64,000 nucleotides of DNA from Deferribacterales bacterium (lineage in GTDB: Bacteria; Chrysiogenota; Deferribacteres; Deferribacterales; Geovibrionaceae). This document shows, piece by piece, positions 19,356 through 28,790 of this stretch. The notes beneath the pieces were generated by a model. That model made no database searches. It saw only the letters and a program-made list of their open reading frames with translations, and was not told the DNA's origin. Made by a program: the position numbers and the translations under genes. Position 1 is the stretch's first letter. Every line of letters starts with the position of its first letter. The stretch spans positions 128,001-192,000 of the forward strand of contig JBFWMA010000003.1 of assembly GCA_050251875.1 (NCBI GenBank), given 5' to 3'.

Positions 19356-21278
19356 TTATTTCTTCTCGTCTTTTACTTCTTCGAACTCAGCGTCCACAAC
19401 ATCGTCAGCGGGTTTGCTGCCGGCGTCTGTCTGCTCTGCTGAGTCAGGCTCTGCCTGCTGTGTTTCCTGAGCCGCTTTGTATATCTCTTCGGCGAGTTTA
19501 TGGGCTGATTTTGTCAGCTCTTCCATAGAAGCCTTGATAGCGTCAGCGTCATCTTTAGTCACTTTGTCTTTCAGATCGGCGAGAGCTGTCTCGATAGCTG
19601 ATTTTGTTCCCTCGTCCACTTTGTCCCCGTGCTCTGACAGAGATTTTTCAGTGGAATAGATGAGAGTGTCCGCCTGGTTTCTTGCCTCTACCAGATCTTT
19701 TTTCTTCTTATCTGTGTCGGCGTTCAGCTCGGCGTCCTTCACCATCTTGTTGATCTCTTCATCTGACAGACCGCTGGAAGGAGTGATCCTGATGGACTGC
19801 TCTTTTCCTGTTCCCTGATCTTTAGCGGAAACGTGCAGGATGCCGTTGGCGTCTATGTCGAATGTAACCTCGATCTGCGGAACTCCTCTGGGAGCAGAGG
19901 GGATGCCCACAAGGTCGAAACGTCCTATGTGTTTGTTGTCGCCCGCCATCTCACGCTCGCCTTGCAGAACGCTGATGGTAACAGATGTCTGGCTGTCAGC
20001 GGCTGTGGTGAATGTCTGGCTCTGGCGCGCGGGGATAGTTGTGTTTCTGGGGATGATCTTTGTCATCACGCCGCCCAGAGTCTCTATACCCAGAGACAGA
20101 GGGGTAACGTCCAGAAGCAGAACGTCTTTAACATCTCCGGCGAGAACAGCGCCCTGAATAGCGGCGCCCACGGCAACAACCTCATCAGGGTTGATACCTT
20201 TGTGGGGTTCTTTTCCGAAGAATTCTTTTACCTTCTGCTGAACCAGAGGCATACGGGTCATACCGCCCACGAGGATAACTTCGTCTATCTGGCTGGCGGA
20301 GAGTCCGGCGTCTTTCAGAGCTTTTTTACAGGGCTCCAGAGAGTTTACCACGAGATCCATAACCAGAGACTCGAATTTTGATCGGGACAGTTTTACCACA
20401 AGGTGTTTGGGACCTGTGGCGTCAGCGGTGATGAAAGGAAGGTTGATCTCTGTCTCACCTGCTGAAGAGAGTTCGTGTTTTGCTTTTTCAGCGGCTTCTT
20501 TCAGACGCTGAAGAGCCATCTTGTCGTTTTTCAGGTCGATGCCGTTGCTCTTCTGAAATTCAGAAATGAGCCATTCAACAACACGCATGTCGAAGTCGTC
20601 ACCGCCGAGGAATGTATCTCCGTTGGTAGATTTAACTTCGAAAACGCCGTCACCCAGCTCGAGTATGGATATATCGAATGTACCGCCGCCGAGGTCGTAT
20701 ACGGCGATTTTTTCATCGTGTTTTTTATCCAGACCATAAGCCAGAGCAGCCGCTGTGGGCTCGTTGATGATACGCAGAACGTTGAGACCGGCGATCTTTC
20801 CGGCGTCTTTTGTCGCCTGGCGCTGAGCATCGTTGAAATAAGCGGGAACAGTGATGACAGCGTCTGTCACTGTTTCGCCCAGATAGTCTTCCGCTGTGGA
20901 TTTCAGCTTCTGAAGAATCATAGCTGATATTTCCTGAGGAGCGTATTTTTTGCCTTTTACCTCTACCCATGCGTCATTATTGTCTGATCCCACTATGTTG
21001 TAGGGCAGAACCTGTTTCGCCTTTGCCACTTCCGGAGCGTCAGATTTACGTCCGATGAGTCTTTTGATAGAGAAAATAGTGTTTTCGGGGTTGGTAATCG
21101 CCTGTCTTTTGGCGAGCATTCCCACCAGTCTGTCAGAATCTGTGAAAGCCACTACTGAAGGTGTTGTAAGAGTTCCTTCTGAGTTGGCGATAACTTTCGG
21201 CTGGCCGCCCTCCATAATGCTTACGCATGAGTTGGTGGTTCCAAGGTCAATACCGATAACCTTTTTGGATGTAGCCAT
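19356..21278 (-). CDS. dnaK: Chaperone DnaK (Hsp70)
   Basis: [45 protein letters not shown]. Confidence 0.99.
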   Translation of the reverse strand: MATSKKVIGIDLGTTNSCVSIMEGGQPKVIANSEGTLTTPSVVAFTDSDRLVGMLAKRQAITNPENTIFSIKRLIGRKSDAPEVAKAKQVLPYNIVGSDNNDAWVEVKGKKYAPQEISAMILQKLKSTAEDYLGETVTDAVITVPAYFNDAQRQATKDAGKIAGLNVLRIINEPTAAALAYGLDKKHDEKIAVYDLGGGTFDISILELGDGVFEVKSTNGDTFLGGDDFDMRVVEWLISEFQKSNGIDLKNDKMALQRLKEAAEKAKHELSSAGETEINLPFITADATGPKHLVVKLSRSKFESLVMDLVVNSLEPCKKALKDAGLSASQIDEVILVGGMTRMPLVQQKVKEFFGKEPHKGINPDEVVAVGAAIQGAVLAGDVKDVLLLDVTPLSLGIETLGGVMTKIIPRNTTIPARQSQTFTTAADSQTSVTISVLQGEREMAGDNKHIGRFDLVGIPSAPRGVPQIEVTFDIDANGILHVSAKDQGTGKEQSIRITPSSGLSDEEINKMVKDAELNADTDKKKKDLVEARNQADTLIYSTEKSLSEHGDKVDEGTKSAIETALADLKDKVTKDDADAIKASMEELTKSAHKLAEEIYKAAQETQQAEPDSAEQTDAGSKPADDVVDAEFEEVKDEKK

Positions 21279-21318
21279 GTTTTCCTCCTGAGATATATGT
21301 TATTAAGTAATTTCCGTA

Positions 21319-21852
21319 TCAGTTCTTTTTATTTACCTTTACTTTAGAGGGGCGAACCACTCTGCCGTAAAGCGTGTATCCTTTCTGAAGCACCATCAGA
21401 ACAGTATTGTTCTCATAGCTGTCGTCACAGTCCACCATGAGCGCCTCGTGATAGAGAGGGTTGAAATCGTCTCCGATATTCAGCTCTATCTCCTGAAGCC
21501 CGTATTTTTCCAGAGTCTCTCTCATCTGTTTCAGTGTGAGGTTGACGCCCTCTTTCAGAGCTTCCAGAGGGTTGTCTCCGGAGATATGGTCGAGCGCCGT
21601 TTCAAAGTTGTCCATAACGGGAAAGAGAGCTGAAATCAGGTTCAGGTTGGAGTATTTCAGTTTGTCGTCAAACTCCTTTGTCAGCCTCTTGCGCACGTTG
21701 TCCATCTCAGCCAGAGAGCGCAGTTCGCTGTCTCTGGCTGCAGCCAGCTCTTCCGCCAGACGCATGTTCTGCTCACGCAGCATAGTCAGCTCGTCTTTCG
21801 GCTCTGTCTGCTCTTCAGGCGTTTCCTGCATTGTCTCGTCTTTTTCTTCCAT
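21319..21852 (-). CDS. grpE: Nucleotide exchange factor GrpE
   Basis: AEMDNVRKR, FNPLYHEA, QKGYTLYGRVVRPSKVKV. Confidence 0.96.
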   Translation of the reverse strand: MEEKDETMQETPEEQTEPKDELTMLREQNMRLAEELAAARDSELRSLAEMDNVRKRLTKEFDDKLKYSNLNLISALFPVMDNFETALDHISGDNPLEALKEGVNLTLKQMRETLEKYGLQEIELNIGDDFNPLYHEALMVDCDDSYENNTVLMVLQKGYTLYGRVVRPSKVKVNKKN

Positions 21853-21890
21853 GTATATCCTCTTTCAATTATTCACGATAAAATTTTGCC

Positions 21891-21924
21891 GTCATTGCGA
21901 GGAGCGCAGCAACGTGGCAATCTC
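21891..21924 (+). repeat. Single REP-like family A arm in the hrcA-grpE spacer
   Basis: GTCATTGCGAGGAGCGCAGCAACGTGGCAATCTC, 29/34 identical to the reverse complement of 18009-18042. Confidence 0.8.
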
Positions 21925-21928
21925 ATTC

Positions 21929-22969
21929 TTATTTATTGTCTGTTAAGCGCCCCATGATGTCGGAGACCAGCTCGGCGGAGCAGTCCACCACGGACACCAC
22001 GTCCGAATATCTCATCCGTTTTGGTCCGATGATGCCCAGCATGCCGATGACGTTTCCGCCTCTGGAATATGTTCTGGTAACCAGCCCCAGCTCGGAGACT
22101 TCGCTTCTGCCTATCTCGGAGCCAACGAATATATTCACGCCCTTCTCGTTCTGGCATTTATCCAGAATGTCGAAGATGAATTTTTTCTCCTCAAAGGTCT
22201 GAAAGAGTCCCTTGAGTCTGGACACATCGGAAAACTCCGGAAGATCCAGAATATTTGATGTACCGCTTAATATTATGTCCTGTCCGAACTCGCCTCTGCT
22301 GAACACGGCGGAAGCCATGCTGTGCAGGTTGCGGAACAGGTTGTCCATTTTCGCTTTCTCTTTTTTCATCTCATCCACTATGGCGGTTTTGACCTCCATC
22401 AGGCTCTTGTCCTGGAAGTGGGTGTTCAGATAGTTGCTTATCTGGATCAGATCGGATTCTGTCACCGTGGGGTCTATCTCCAGCATAACGTTATGCACTA
22501 TGCCTGTTCTGGCGACTATAACAGCAAGAGCCGTTGTGGCGTTCAGGCGGATGAACTCGATATGCTTCAGCAGCATGGTGTTCAGCTTGGGAGATATCAC
22601 GAATCCAACGGAGCTGGTCATGCGCCCCAGATTATCGCTGACCTTTTTAAATATGCCGTTTATGTTTTCGGCGGAACATTCGGATTTCAGCTGTTCCATG
22701 ATGGTGCAGTCTGCTGATCCGAAGGTCACCAGTTTGTCTATATAATATCTGTATCCTTCGTCAGAAGGCACTCTGCCGGAGGATGTGTGGGGCTGGAGAA
22801 TGAATCCTTTCTCCTCTAAGTCGCTCATAATGTTGCGGATAGAAGCGGCGCCCAGCTTGAGCGGACCTGTCTTGGATATCAGACGAGAGCCCACCGGCTC
22901 GTTGGTCTGGACAAACTCTTCAATAATGGTTTTAAGAACTATCTCTTCACGTTCGTTGAGAAAATTCAT
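21929..22969 (-). CDS. hrcA: Heat-inducible transcription repressor HrcA
   Basis: EPVGSR, SIRNIMSDLE, QPHTSSGRVPSDEGYRYYID, GIIGPKRMRY. Confidence 0.97.
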   Translation of the reverse strand: MNFLNEREEIVLKTIIEEFVQTNEPVGSRLISKTGPLKLGAASIRNIMSDLEEKGFILQPHTSSGRVPSDEGYRYYIDKLVTFGSADCTIMEQLKSECSAENINGIFKKVSDNLGRMTSSVGFVISPKLNTMLLKHIEFIRLNATTALAVIVARTGIVHNVMLEIDPTVTESDLIQISNYLNTHFQDKSLMEVKTAIVDEMKKEKAKMDNLFRNLHSMASAVFSRGEFGQDIILSGTSNILDLPEFSDVSRLKGLFQTFEEKKFIFDILDKCQNEKGVNIFVGSEIGRSEVSELGLVTRTYSRGGNVIGMLGIIGPKRMRYSDVVSVVDCSAELVSDIMGRLTDNK

Positions 22970-22986
22970 ACCCGCTTCCTAGATTG

Positions 22987-23013
22987 TTAGCACTCATTGG
23001 TTACGAGTGCTAA
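22987..23013. promoter_or_regulatory. CIRCE element (HrcA operator)
   Basis: TTAGCACTC-N9-GAGTGCTAA, perfect consensus directly upstream of hrcA. Confidence 0.97.
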
Positions 23014-23018
23014 TAGAT

Positions 23019-23047
23019 AGAATATGGATTAGCCATTTCTGTGTCAA
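23019..23047 (-). promoter_or_regulatory. Sigma70-type promoter of the hrcA operon
   Basis: TTGACA-N17-TATTCT on the minus strand just upstream of CIRCE. Confidence 0.8.
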
Positions 23048-23065
23048 GCCTTTTTTGGGCAGGAA

Positions 23066-23890
23066 TTATAAAGTGTCGAGGATGCTGTCTATGAGGCTGA
23101 ACGCTTCCAGAGCGCCCGCTTTGATGAAGATATCCGGATCGCAGACGGATGTGGATGATTCGTCCGGATTGATGGTTATAATCTTCGTGCCGAGAGACCG
23201 GAGCTGTTTCGCCAGATAGTCGTTGGTGGGAATCTGGCTGCTGGAACCAATCAGAAAAGCGATGTCCGGCGCTGTGACATCCATCAGAAACTCCTGATAA
23301 TTGTCGAACTGGGCATCGTTCTCTATGTAGTCGAAATCGTTGAACATCAGGATATTCGGGCGCAGAAGCGACCCGCACACACTGCATCTGGGCATGCCGT
23401 GGGCGGACATGGTGTCTGTGTCCAGCCGGCAGAGGGGCACCTCATCGTTGTTCCGCACGCCGTATGAGCATGCGCCGCCTCTCATGCACTGAAGCCTCCA
23501 CATACTCCCGTGCACCTCAATCACGCTGTCCGGGCGGATGCCTGATATGATGTGATAACCGTCTGTGTTGGTGGTGTGGACGAAGCTCTTTTCGAAGAAG
23601 TCAGTCATCATTCGGTTGATGACCTGATATCCTTTGTGGGGGGTGTTCTCTCTGGCGTTTCTTCTGCGCCATTCATAGAAAGCCCAGCTGTGCTGGGGGC
23701 GCACACGAAAAGAAGCCGGAGACGCCAGCTCCTGCGGCATGAGACCTTTTTCCTGAAACACGGGGAAGTTACGCCAGTATCCCTCTCTGTCTCTGAAAGT
23801 GGGTATACCGGAATCGGCGCTCATTCCCGCTCCGGTGAGAAAAAGACAAGACTCTGATTTTTCCAGCAGTTCTTTCAGTCTTTCGTTCAT
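23066..23890 (-). CDS. Sir2 family NAD-dependent protein deacylase
   Basis: TGAGMSADSGIPTFR, TTNTDG, EVHGS, zinc-binding Cys pairs, LRPNILMF; start placed at ATG 23890. Confidence 0.92.
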   Translation of the reverse strand: MNERLKELLEKSESCLFLTGAGMSADSGIPTFRDREGYWRNFPVFQEKGLMPQELASPASFRVRPQHSWAFYEWRRRNARENTPHKGYQVINRMMTDFFEKSFVHTTNTDGYHIISGIRPDSVIEVHGSMWRLQCMRGGACSYGVRNNDEVPLCRLDTDTMSAHGMPRCSVCGSLLRPNILMFNDFDYIENDAQFDNYQEFLMDVTAPDIAFLIGSSSQIPTNDYLAKQLRSLGTKIITINPDESSTSVCDPDIFIKAGALEAFSLIDSILDTL

Positions 23891-23906
23891 AATGGGATTA
23901 TAGCAC

Positions 23907-23930
23907 AAAAAAAAGGGGACCGAAGTCCCC
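23907..23930 (-). terminator. Intrinsic terminator of the DUF2917-like gene
   Basis: GGGGAC-TTCG-GTCCCC-T8 on the minus strand. Confidence 0.9.
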
Positions 23931-23976
23931 ACGCTTAAAGAAAAGAAGGAATATATGTGAAATTAATGCAATATAG

Positions 23977-24264
23977 TTATATGGTGGTGTTTTCCGCGGT
24001 CATCGCATGAAGTGGCGCATGCGCTGTCGCTTTTGTCTGTCCGTTGAGTGTAACGATAGTAACGCTGTCCTGAAGAGCCTCTACCACAACTTTTTCTGTG
24101 GTTATCAGATGAATCTCTTTTCCGGCGTATATCACGCGGTCGCCCAGTTCATTTCCCGCTGTGATCCAGATGGAGCCTTCCTGACAATAGACGCTGACTG
24201 ATTTTGCGTTTTCAAACCCTTTTGTCTGAAACCTTTTTAGTCGGAGTTCCTGTTTTTCACTCAT
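23977..24264 (-). CDS. DUF2917-like small protein
   Basis: C.EGSIWIT...GDRVIYAG...VVVEAL pattern; RBS GAGG; divergent from MocR. Confidence 0.7.
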   Translation of the reverse strand: MSEKQELRLKRFQTKGFENAKSVSVYCQEGSIWITAGNELGDRVIYAGKEIHLITTEKVVVEALQDSVTIVTLNGQTKATAHAPLHAMTAENTTI

Positions 24265-24425
24265 TTTGCCACCTCGTTAGTTGATACGTCCGTGTATCTT
24301 CTGTTCTCATGAACCCTTATAACCCGTTTAATGCGCTGTTACTATCACTTATTTTTTAAGCCAGCCTTCAGAAAAACAGAAGGCTCATTGATTTCACAGC
24401 GATTTTCTGATTGTAAAGTATAATA

Positions 24426-24489
24426 ATAACAGTTATCATAACAGATACAGAAAACAGGAAATGTATACATAACAGTTTTGCACTGTTAT
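24426..24489. promoter_or_regulatory. Candidate MocR operator array
   Basis: ATAACAG at 24426, 24438 and 24469, plus inverted CTGTTAT at 24483. Confidence 0.6.
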
Positions 24490-24505
24490 GCGCAAAGGTG
24501 CTGAA

Positions 24506-25936
24506 ATGAGCAGAGTGAAGGGCGACTTCAGATACAGACAGGTTATGGATGTCATAGTGAATATGATGAAGAGCGGAGTGCTGAACCCCGGAGACAAAGT
24601 GCCGTCTCTGAGAAAAATCAGCGAAGAGCAGGGAGTCAGCATATCCACCGCCATGCAGGCGTATATGGAGCTGGAGAGCGTGGGTATGCTGGAGGCGAGA
24701 CCCCAGTCCGGGTTTTATGTCGCCAGCGGAACGTCTGTTCCCAGAGAGGCCGTCACCACATCCCGCCCGCTGGATCAGCCCACACAGGTGAAAAAGAGCG
24801 ACCTGATACAGACAATATTATATGCCATCACCGATCCGGACATAGTTCCTCTGGGGTGTGCCATACCCAGCACAGATCTGCTCCCGCATAAGGAGCTGAC
24901 TTCCATCATGCGCCGGATACTGTCGGACGACACGGAAGCAAGGGTAGAATACGGCGATGTGAAAGGAAACAAGTTTTTCCGCCAGCAGCTCGCCCATTAT
25001 ATGAACGCTAACGGAAACAGTGTCAGCAGCGAACAGCTTATCGTAACCAACGGAGCATCGGAGGCGATGACGATGGCTCTGCGGGCGCTGACCCGCCCGG
25101 GCGATCTGGTTATCATGGAGTCCCCCAGCTATTTCGGTTTTATGCACCTGCTGGAGACGGCGAAAATATACGCTCTGGAGCTTCCCACCTCTCCTATCGG
25201 CGGGATACTGATGAACGATTTCAGAAACGCTCTGGACAGATATGACGTTAAGGCGGTTCTGGTTCAGCCGAACCACGGCAACCCCATGGGGCAGGTTTAT
25301 CCGGACGATATAAGGGAAGAGATGGTGAACCTGTGCAATAAAAAGGATGTACCGATAATAGAGGACGACATCAACGGGGACTTTACCTTCTCCGGCAGAC
25401 GATACGGAAACCTGAAAAAATACGACAAAAACGGCAACGTAATACATATTTCGTCATTTTCAAAGAGCCTGGCGCCCGGGTTCCGTGTGGGCTGGGTTGA
25501 GCCGGGAAAATATCATGAGGAGATTCTCCGCCAGAAGATAGCCGGCACCATGGCGAGCAACGACATAATGCAGCTCACTCTGGCGCACTATCTGGCATCG
25601 GGCAAAATGCCCCGCCACCTCAGGCGGATGAACTCGAACTTCAAGGCGCAGGTGGAGACCTATACATATCATATATTAAAGAACTTTCCGGAAGGAACGA
25701 GAGTGACAAGACCGAAAGGCGGGTTCGTTCTGTGGGCGGAGATGCCGGAACAGGTGGATACTCTGGATATGTATCCGAGAGCGCTGGATGAAAAGATATC
25801 TTTTTCGCCGGGCGGAATTTTTACCTCTCAGCAGAAATATAATAACTGTATGCGCATCAACTGCGGCTTTCCCTGGGACGCCAGAATGGAGAACAGTATA
25901 ATCAGGCTGGGCGAGCTGGCAAAAGAATACATATAA
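24506..25936 (+). CDS. MocR/GabR-type GntR regulator with PLP aminotransferase domain
   Basis: PGDKVPSLR wHTH, RPQSGFYV, IIEDD, SFSKSLAPGFRVGW. Confidence 0.93.
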   Translation: MSRVKGDFRYRQVMDVIVNMMKSGVLNPGDKVPSLRKISEEQGVSISTAMQAYMELESVGMLEARPQSGFYVASGTSVPREAVTTSRPLDQPTQVKKSDLIQTILYAITDPDIVPLGCAIPSTDLLPHKELTSIMRRILSDDTEARVEYGDVKGNKFFRQQLAHYMNANGNSVSSEQLIVTNGASEAMTMALRALTRPGDLVIMESPSYFGFMHLLETAKIYALELPTSPIGGILMNDFRNALDRYDVKAVLVQPNHGNPMGQVYPDDIREEMVNLCNKKDVPIIEDDINGDFTFSGRRYGNLKKYDKNGNVIHISSFSKSLAPGFRVGWVEPGKYHEEILRQKIAGTMASNDIMQLTLAHYLASGKMPRHLRRMNSNFKAQVETYTYHILKNFPEGTRVTRPKGGFVLWAEMPEQVDTLDMYPRALDEKISFSPGGIFTSQQKYNNCMRINCGFPWDARMENSIIRLGELAKEYI

Positions 25937-25963
25937 AAAAAGGCGGGGCCGCAAAACCCCGCC
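25935..25963 (-). terminator. Intrinsic terminator between convergent MocR and peroxiredoxin genes
   Basis: GGCGGGG...CCCCGCC with a 7-A tract on the + strand side. Confidence 0.8.
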
Positions 25964-26005
25964 AATATCGGAGGCATCCGAGAATGCCTTACGAGCAAAC
26001 TGTTC

Positions 26006-26710
26006 TTATTTCTTTTTGATAGTTTTTTCGACAGTGTCTTTATCTATCTGTTTTGTACAGAAGTACCAGTCATAGCATTTGACTCCGTCCTCTTTGCCGT
26101 CCACACGGTCTTTCGCAACGCCGCATGAACCGGCGGGGGGAACGATAACCTCGTCTCCGGGTCTCCAGTCAGCGGGAGTAGCCACGCCGAACTCGTCAGC
26201 CGCCTTAAGAGCCTGAAGCAGTCTGAGCAGCTCGTCAAAGTTGCGTCCTGTGCTTAAAGGATAGTAGATAACCGCTCTGATGATTCCTTTGGGATCTATT
26301 ACAAAAACGGCTCTGACGGCTTTTGTGTTGCTTTCGCCTTCCATTATCATGCCGTATTTTTTAGCTACTTCCATTGTGATGTCTTCGATGAGGGGGAATT
26401 TCACTTCCATTCCCTTCATGCCTTTATAGTCGATCTTCTCTTTTATGTTTCTGAGCCATGCTATGTGGCTGTAGAGACCGTCCACAGAAAGTCCGACCAG
26501 TTTACAGTCGAGGTCGCTGAAATCTTTCTCCAGCTTAGCGAATGTCATGAACTCTGATGTACATACGGGTGTGAAATCAGCGGGATGGCTGAAAAGTATG
26601 ACCCAGCTTCCTGTGTAGTCTGCGGGAAAGTTTATCTGTCCTTGTGTTGTTACTGCTGTAAATTCGGGTGCTTTGTCGCCTATTCTGGGCATAGATACGT
26701 TGTTTTCCAT
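26006..26710 (-). CDS. Peroxiredoxin (Prx6-type)
   Basis: FSHPADFTPVCTSEF, YYPLSTGRN, TPADWRPGD, C-terminal Cys residues. Confidence 0.95.
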   Translation of the reverse strand: MENNVSMPRIGDKAPEFTAVTTQGQINFPADYTGSWVILFSHPADFTPVCTSEFMTFAKLEKDFSDLDCKLVGLSVDGLYSHIAWLRNIKEKIDYKGMKGMEVKFPLIEDITMEVAKKYGMIMEGESNTKAVRAVFVIDPKGIIRAVIYYPLSTGRNFDELLRLLQALKAADEFGVATPADWRPGDEVIVPPAGSCGVAKDRVDGKEDGVKCYDWYFCTKQIDKDTVEKTIKKK

Positions 26711-26725
26711 TTTGTCCTCCGTTTT

Positions 26726-26740
26726 GGATAATCTTTATCA
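26726..26740. promoter_or_regulatory. Candidate Fur/PerR box
   Basis: GGATAAT-C-TTTATCA (12/14 to TGATAAT-N-ATTATCA) between TTGACT-N16-TATTCT and the peroxiredoxin RBS. Confidence 0.55.
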
Positions 26741-26853
26741 AAGAATATAGAATAAAAATAATTAGTCAATAAAAATTATTAAAAAGAATATGCGAAAAAT
26801 GATATGTTTTGAATTATGCCTTTGATGTCAGGGTTTTGTGGATGAAGATTTTT

Positions 26854-27618
26854 TTAGAGAACTGCCTTTTTAGACATAACACCGCCCGCCAGAACACCTT
26901 TCAGTGTTTCGAACGCGGGGGATTCGTCTGTCAGATATATCTCTCTGATGCCGGATTCCTTGGTGTTGATATGCAGTTCCTTCAGGCAGTCGATGATAGC
27001 CAGAGAGGAGTCAACTATATTGAAATGGGGGAATTTCTCCAGAATACGGTCTTTCAGCAGAGGGTAGTGGGTGCATCCGAGTATCAGCGTGTCGATGCCG
27101 GATCCGGCGAGCTCCAGCAGATACATCTGAACCACCTGTTTCGCCACGTCAGTCTCTATGAGCATCTCCTCAACTATGGGGACGAAGAGCGGGCATGCGG
27201 TCTGATAAACGTTTACATCGGGTTTAAGAGCTTTGAGCGCCTTCACATAGGATTCGCTGCGCACTGTGGCTCTGGTGCCTATTACGCCTATCTTGTTGTT
27301 CTGCGTCATCCTGATGGCGCTTTCGGCTCCCGGCTGTACCACGCCGATGACGTTCACGCCGAAGGTTTTTCTGATAGGCTCTATGGCGTATGATGAGGCT
27401 GTGTTGCAGGCTATGACTATGGTGTCTATCTTAAAGTTGTCCACCAGAAAGCGGGCGCAGTCCATGCTGTAGCTGACAACGGTCTCGGGCGATCTGCTTC
27501 CGTATGGAACTCTGGCGGTGTCTCCCAGATAGTATATGTCCAGTTCGGGGAAGTGTTTGCTGATGGTCTGGTAAACAGTGAGTCCGCCCACGCCTGAGTC
27601 AAAAATGCCGATAGCCAT
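26854..27618 (-). CDS. murI: Glutamate racemase
   Basis: FDSGVGGLTV, PYGSRS, IACNTAS, LGCTHYP. Confidence 0.97.
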   Translation of the reverse strand: MAIGIFDSGVGGLTVYQTISKHFPELDIYYLGDTARVPYGSRSPETVVSYSMDCARFLVDNFKIDTIVIACNTASSYAIEPIRKTFGVNVIGVVQPGAESAIRMTQNNKIGVIGTRATVRSESYVKALKALKPDVNVYQTACPLFVPIVEEMLIETDVAKQVVQMYLLELAGSGIDTLILGCTHYPLLKDRILEKFPHFNIVDSSLAIIDCLKELHINTKESGIREIYLTDESPAFETLKGVLAGGVMSKKAVL

Positions 27619-27686
27619 TATATAACCTCAAAAAAAGTTCTTATTTACGCAACAAGCGGAAATAATATGCCTCTATTTTTTAATTA

Positions 27687-28790
27687 TCAAGGTTGAATTT
27701 CGGAAACCTTCGCTGTGGGTCTGGAAAAGAACATGGCAAACAGAAACAGAAGATAGCTGAGCACAGCCAGAACAGCGAAAGCGGGGATAAAAACGCCCAC
27801 GGGAGCCAGTATGCCCACTATCAGCCAGTGGAGGGCTATTATCTTGCCGGAGTGAAGCATGATGGGGAAATCACGGAAACGGCAGATAACGGCGAGCCCG
27901 CTGATGTTCCATCCGTACAGCGAAAGGAAACGGTGATAGAGGATGGTTATGTTTTTCAGCATGGGGTCTGTGTATCCCACTGCGTATATGATGATGTAGA
28001 TGACGCCGGAGACGGCTGTCATAACCAGAAAGACTATGCCGGATGTCAGAAACGCCTTCTGCTGGTCTCTGAATCCTGTCTTAACATAAAGCACCAGAAC
28101 GGCGCTGACAGCGACAAAAAGCAGAAGCGATATGCCCAGCTCCAGCCAGGGCGCCTCGAAAAGAATAAAGCCGAAGAAGACTATCACGCCCACTGTGATG
28201 ATCCAGAAGAGCGCGGTTTTTAAAATTATCATTTTCGGTGTTCCCAGCTTTTTCATGGTGGAGAACATCACGCTGAGGGTGATGAGCGAGCTGGGGAAAG
28301 AGAAGCCGAGAAAAAAAGTGTTCAGCGTCAGCTTTTCAAAATCCAGCATGCGGTAGTATTCTTCGTTCACCATGGCGAAGATGGATATCAGAAGCCCTAT
28401 GGACAGGCAGAGAAGAGCCGCGTGATGAAATTTTACCGCCACGGGATAGGCTCTGGAAAAAAACTCTCTGCCAAAAAAGCTGAATTTTTTATACCGGATA
28501 GACTCGACTATGCCGAAGAGGGCAAAGGCTATGATTATACATAATATATATTGTCTGAAAAAAGCCAGAACCGCAAACGCCACCGCCAGCAGATAGAAGG
28601 CGATGAGGCGCTTCGGAAGGTCTTTTCTGTCCATAGTATAGTAGAGGATGATGGTTCCGCCGGAGCAGAGGTTGAAGAGAAAGATATGAAGACGCTCAAA
28701 GTCGTATCCGTGGATTGCGTGGTGCATGAATCCGAAAGACAGGGCTATCGTCATGGTGGCTAGAAAAAGCGCCTTCAAAGCGGAACTCAT
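27687..28790 (-). CDS. Hypothetical polytopic membrane protein
   Basis: About 11-12 hydrophobic segments with several His; overlaps the upstream gene's stop. Confidence 0.75.
   Translation of the reverse strand: MSSALKALFLATMTIALSFGFMHHAIHGYDFERLHIFLFNLCSGGTIILYYTMDRKDLPKRLIAFYLLAVAFAVLAFFRQYILCIIIAFALFGIVESIRYKKFSFFGREFFSRAYPVAVKFHHAALLCLSIGLLISIFAMVNEEYYRMLDFEKLTLNTFFLGFSFPSSLITLSVMFSTMKKLGTPKMIILKTALFWIITVGVIVFFGFILFEAPWLELGISLLLFVAVSAVLVLYVKTGFRDQQKAFLTSGIVFLVMTAVSGVIYIIIYAVGYTDPMLKNITILYHRFLSLYGWNISGLAVICRFRDFPIMLHSGKIIALHWLIVGILAPVGVFIPAFAVLAVLSYLLFLFAMFFSRPTAKVSEIQP

Noticed and set aside
19477..21291. Several + strand ORFs antisense to dnaK; likewise 62398-63432 antisense to gap
   Set aside because: Known codon-bias artefact opposite conserved, highly expressed genes.
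23066..23890. Sir2 protein as an anti-phage defence effector (Thoeris/DSR/pAgo-associated)
   Set aside because: Stand-alone, classical zinc-binding sirtuin with no defence partner genes nearby.
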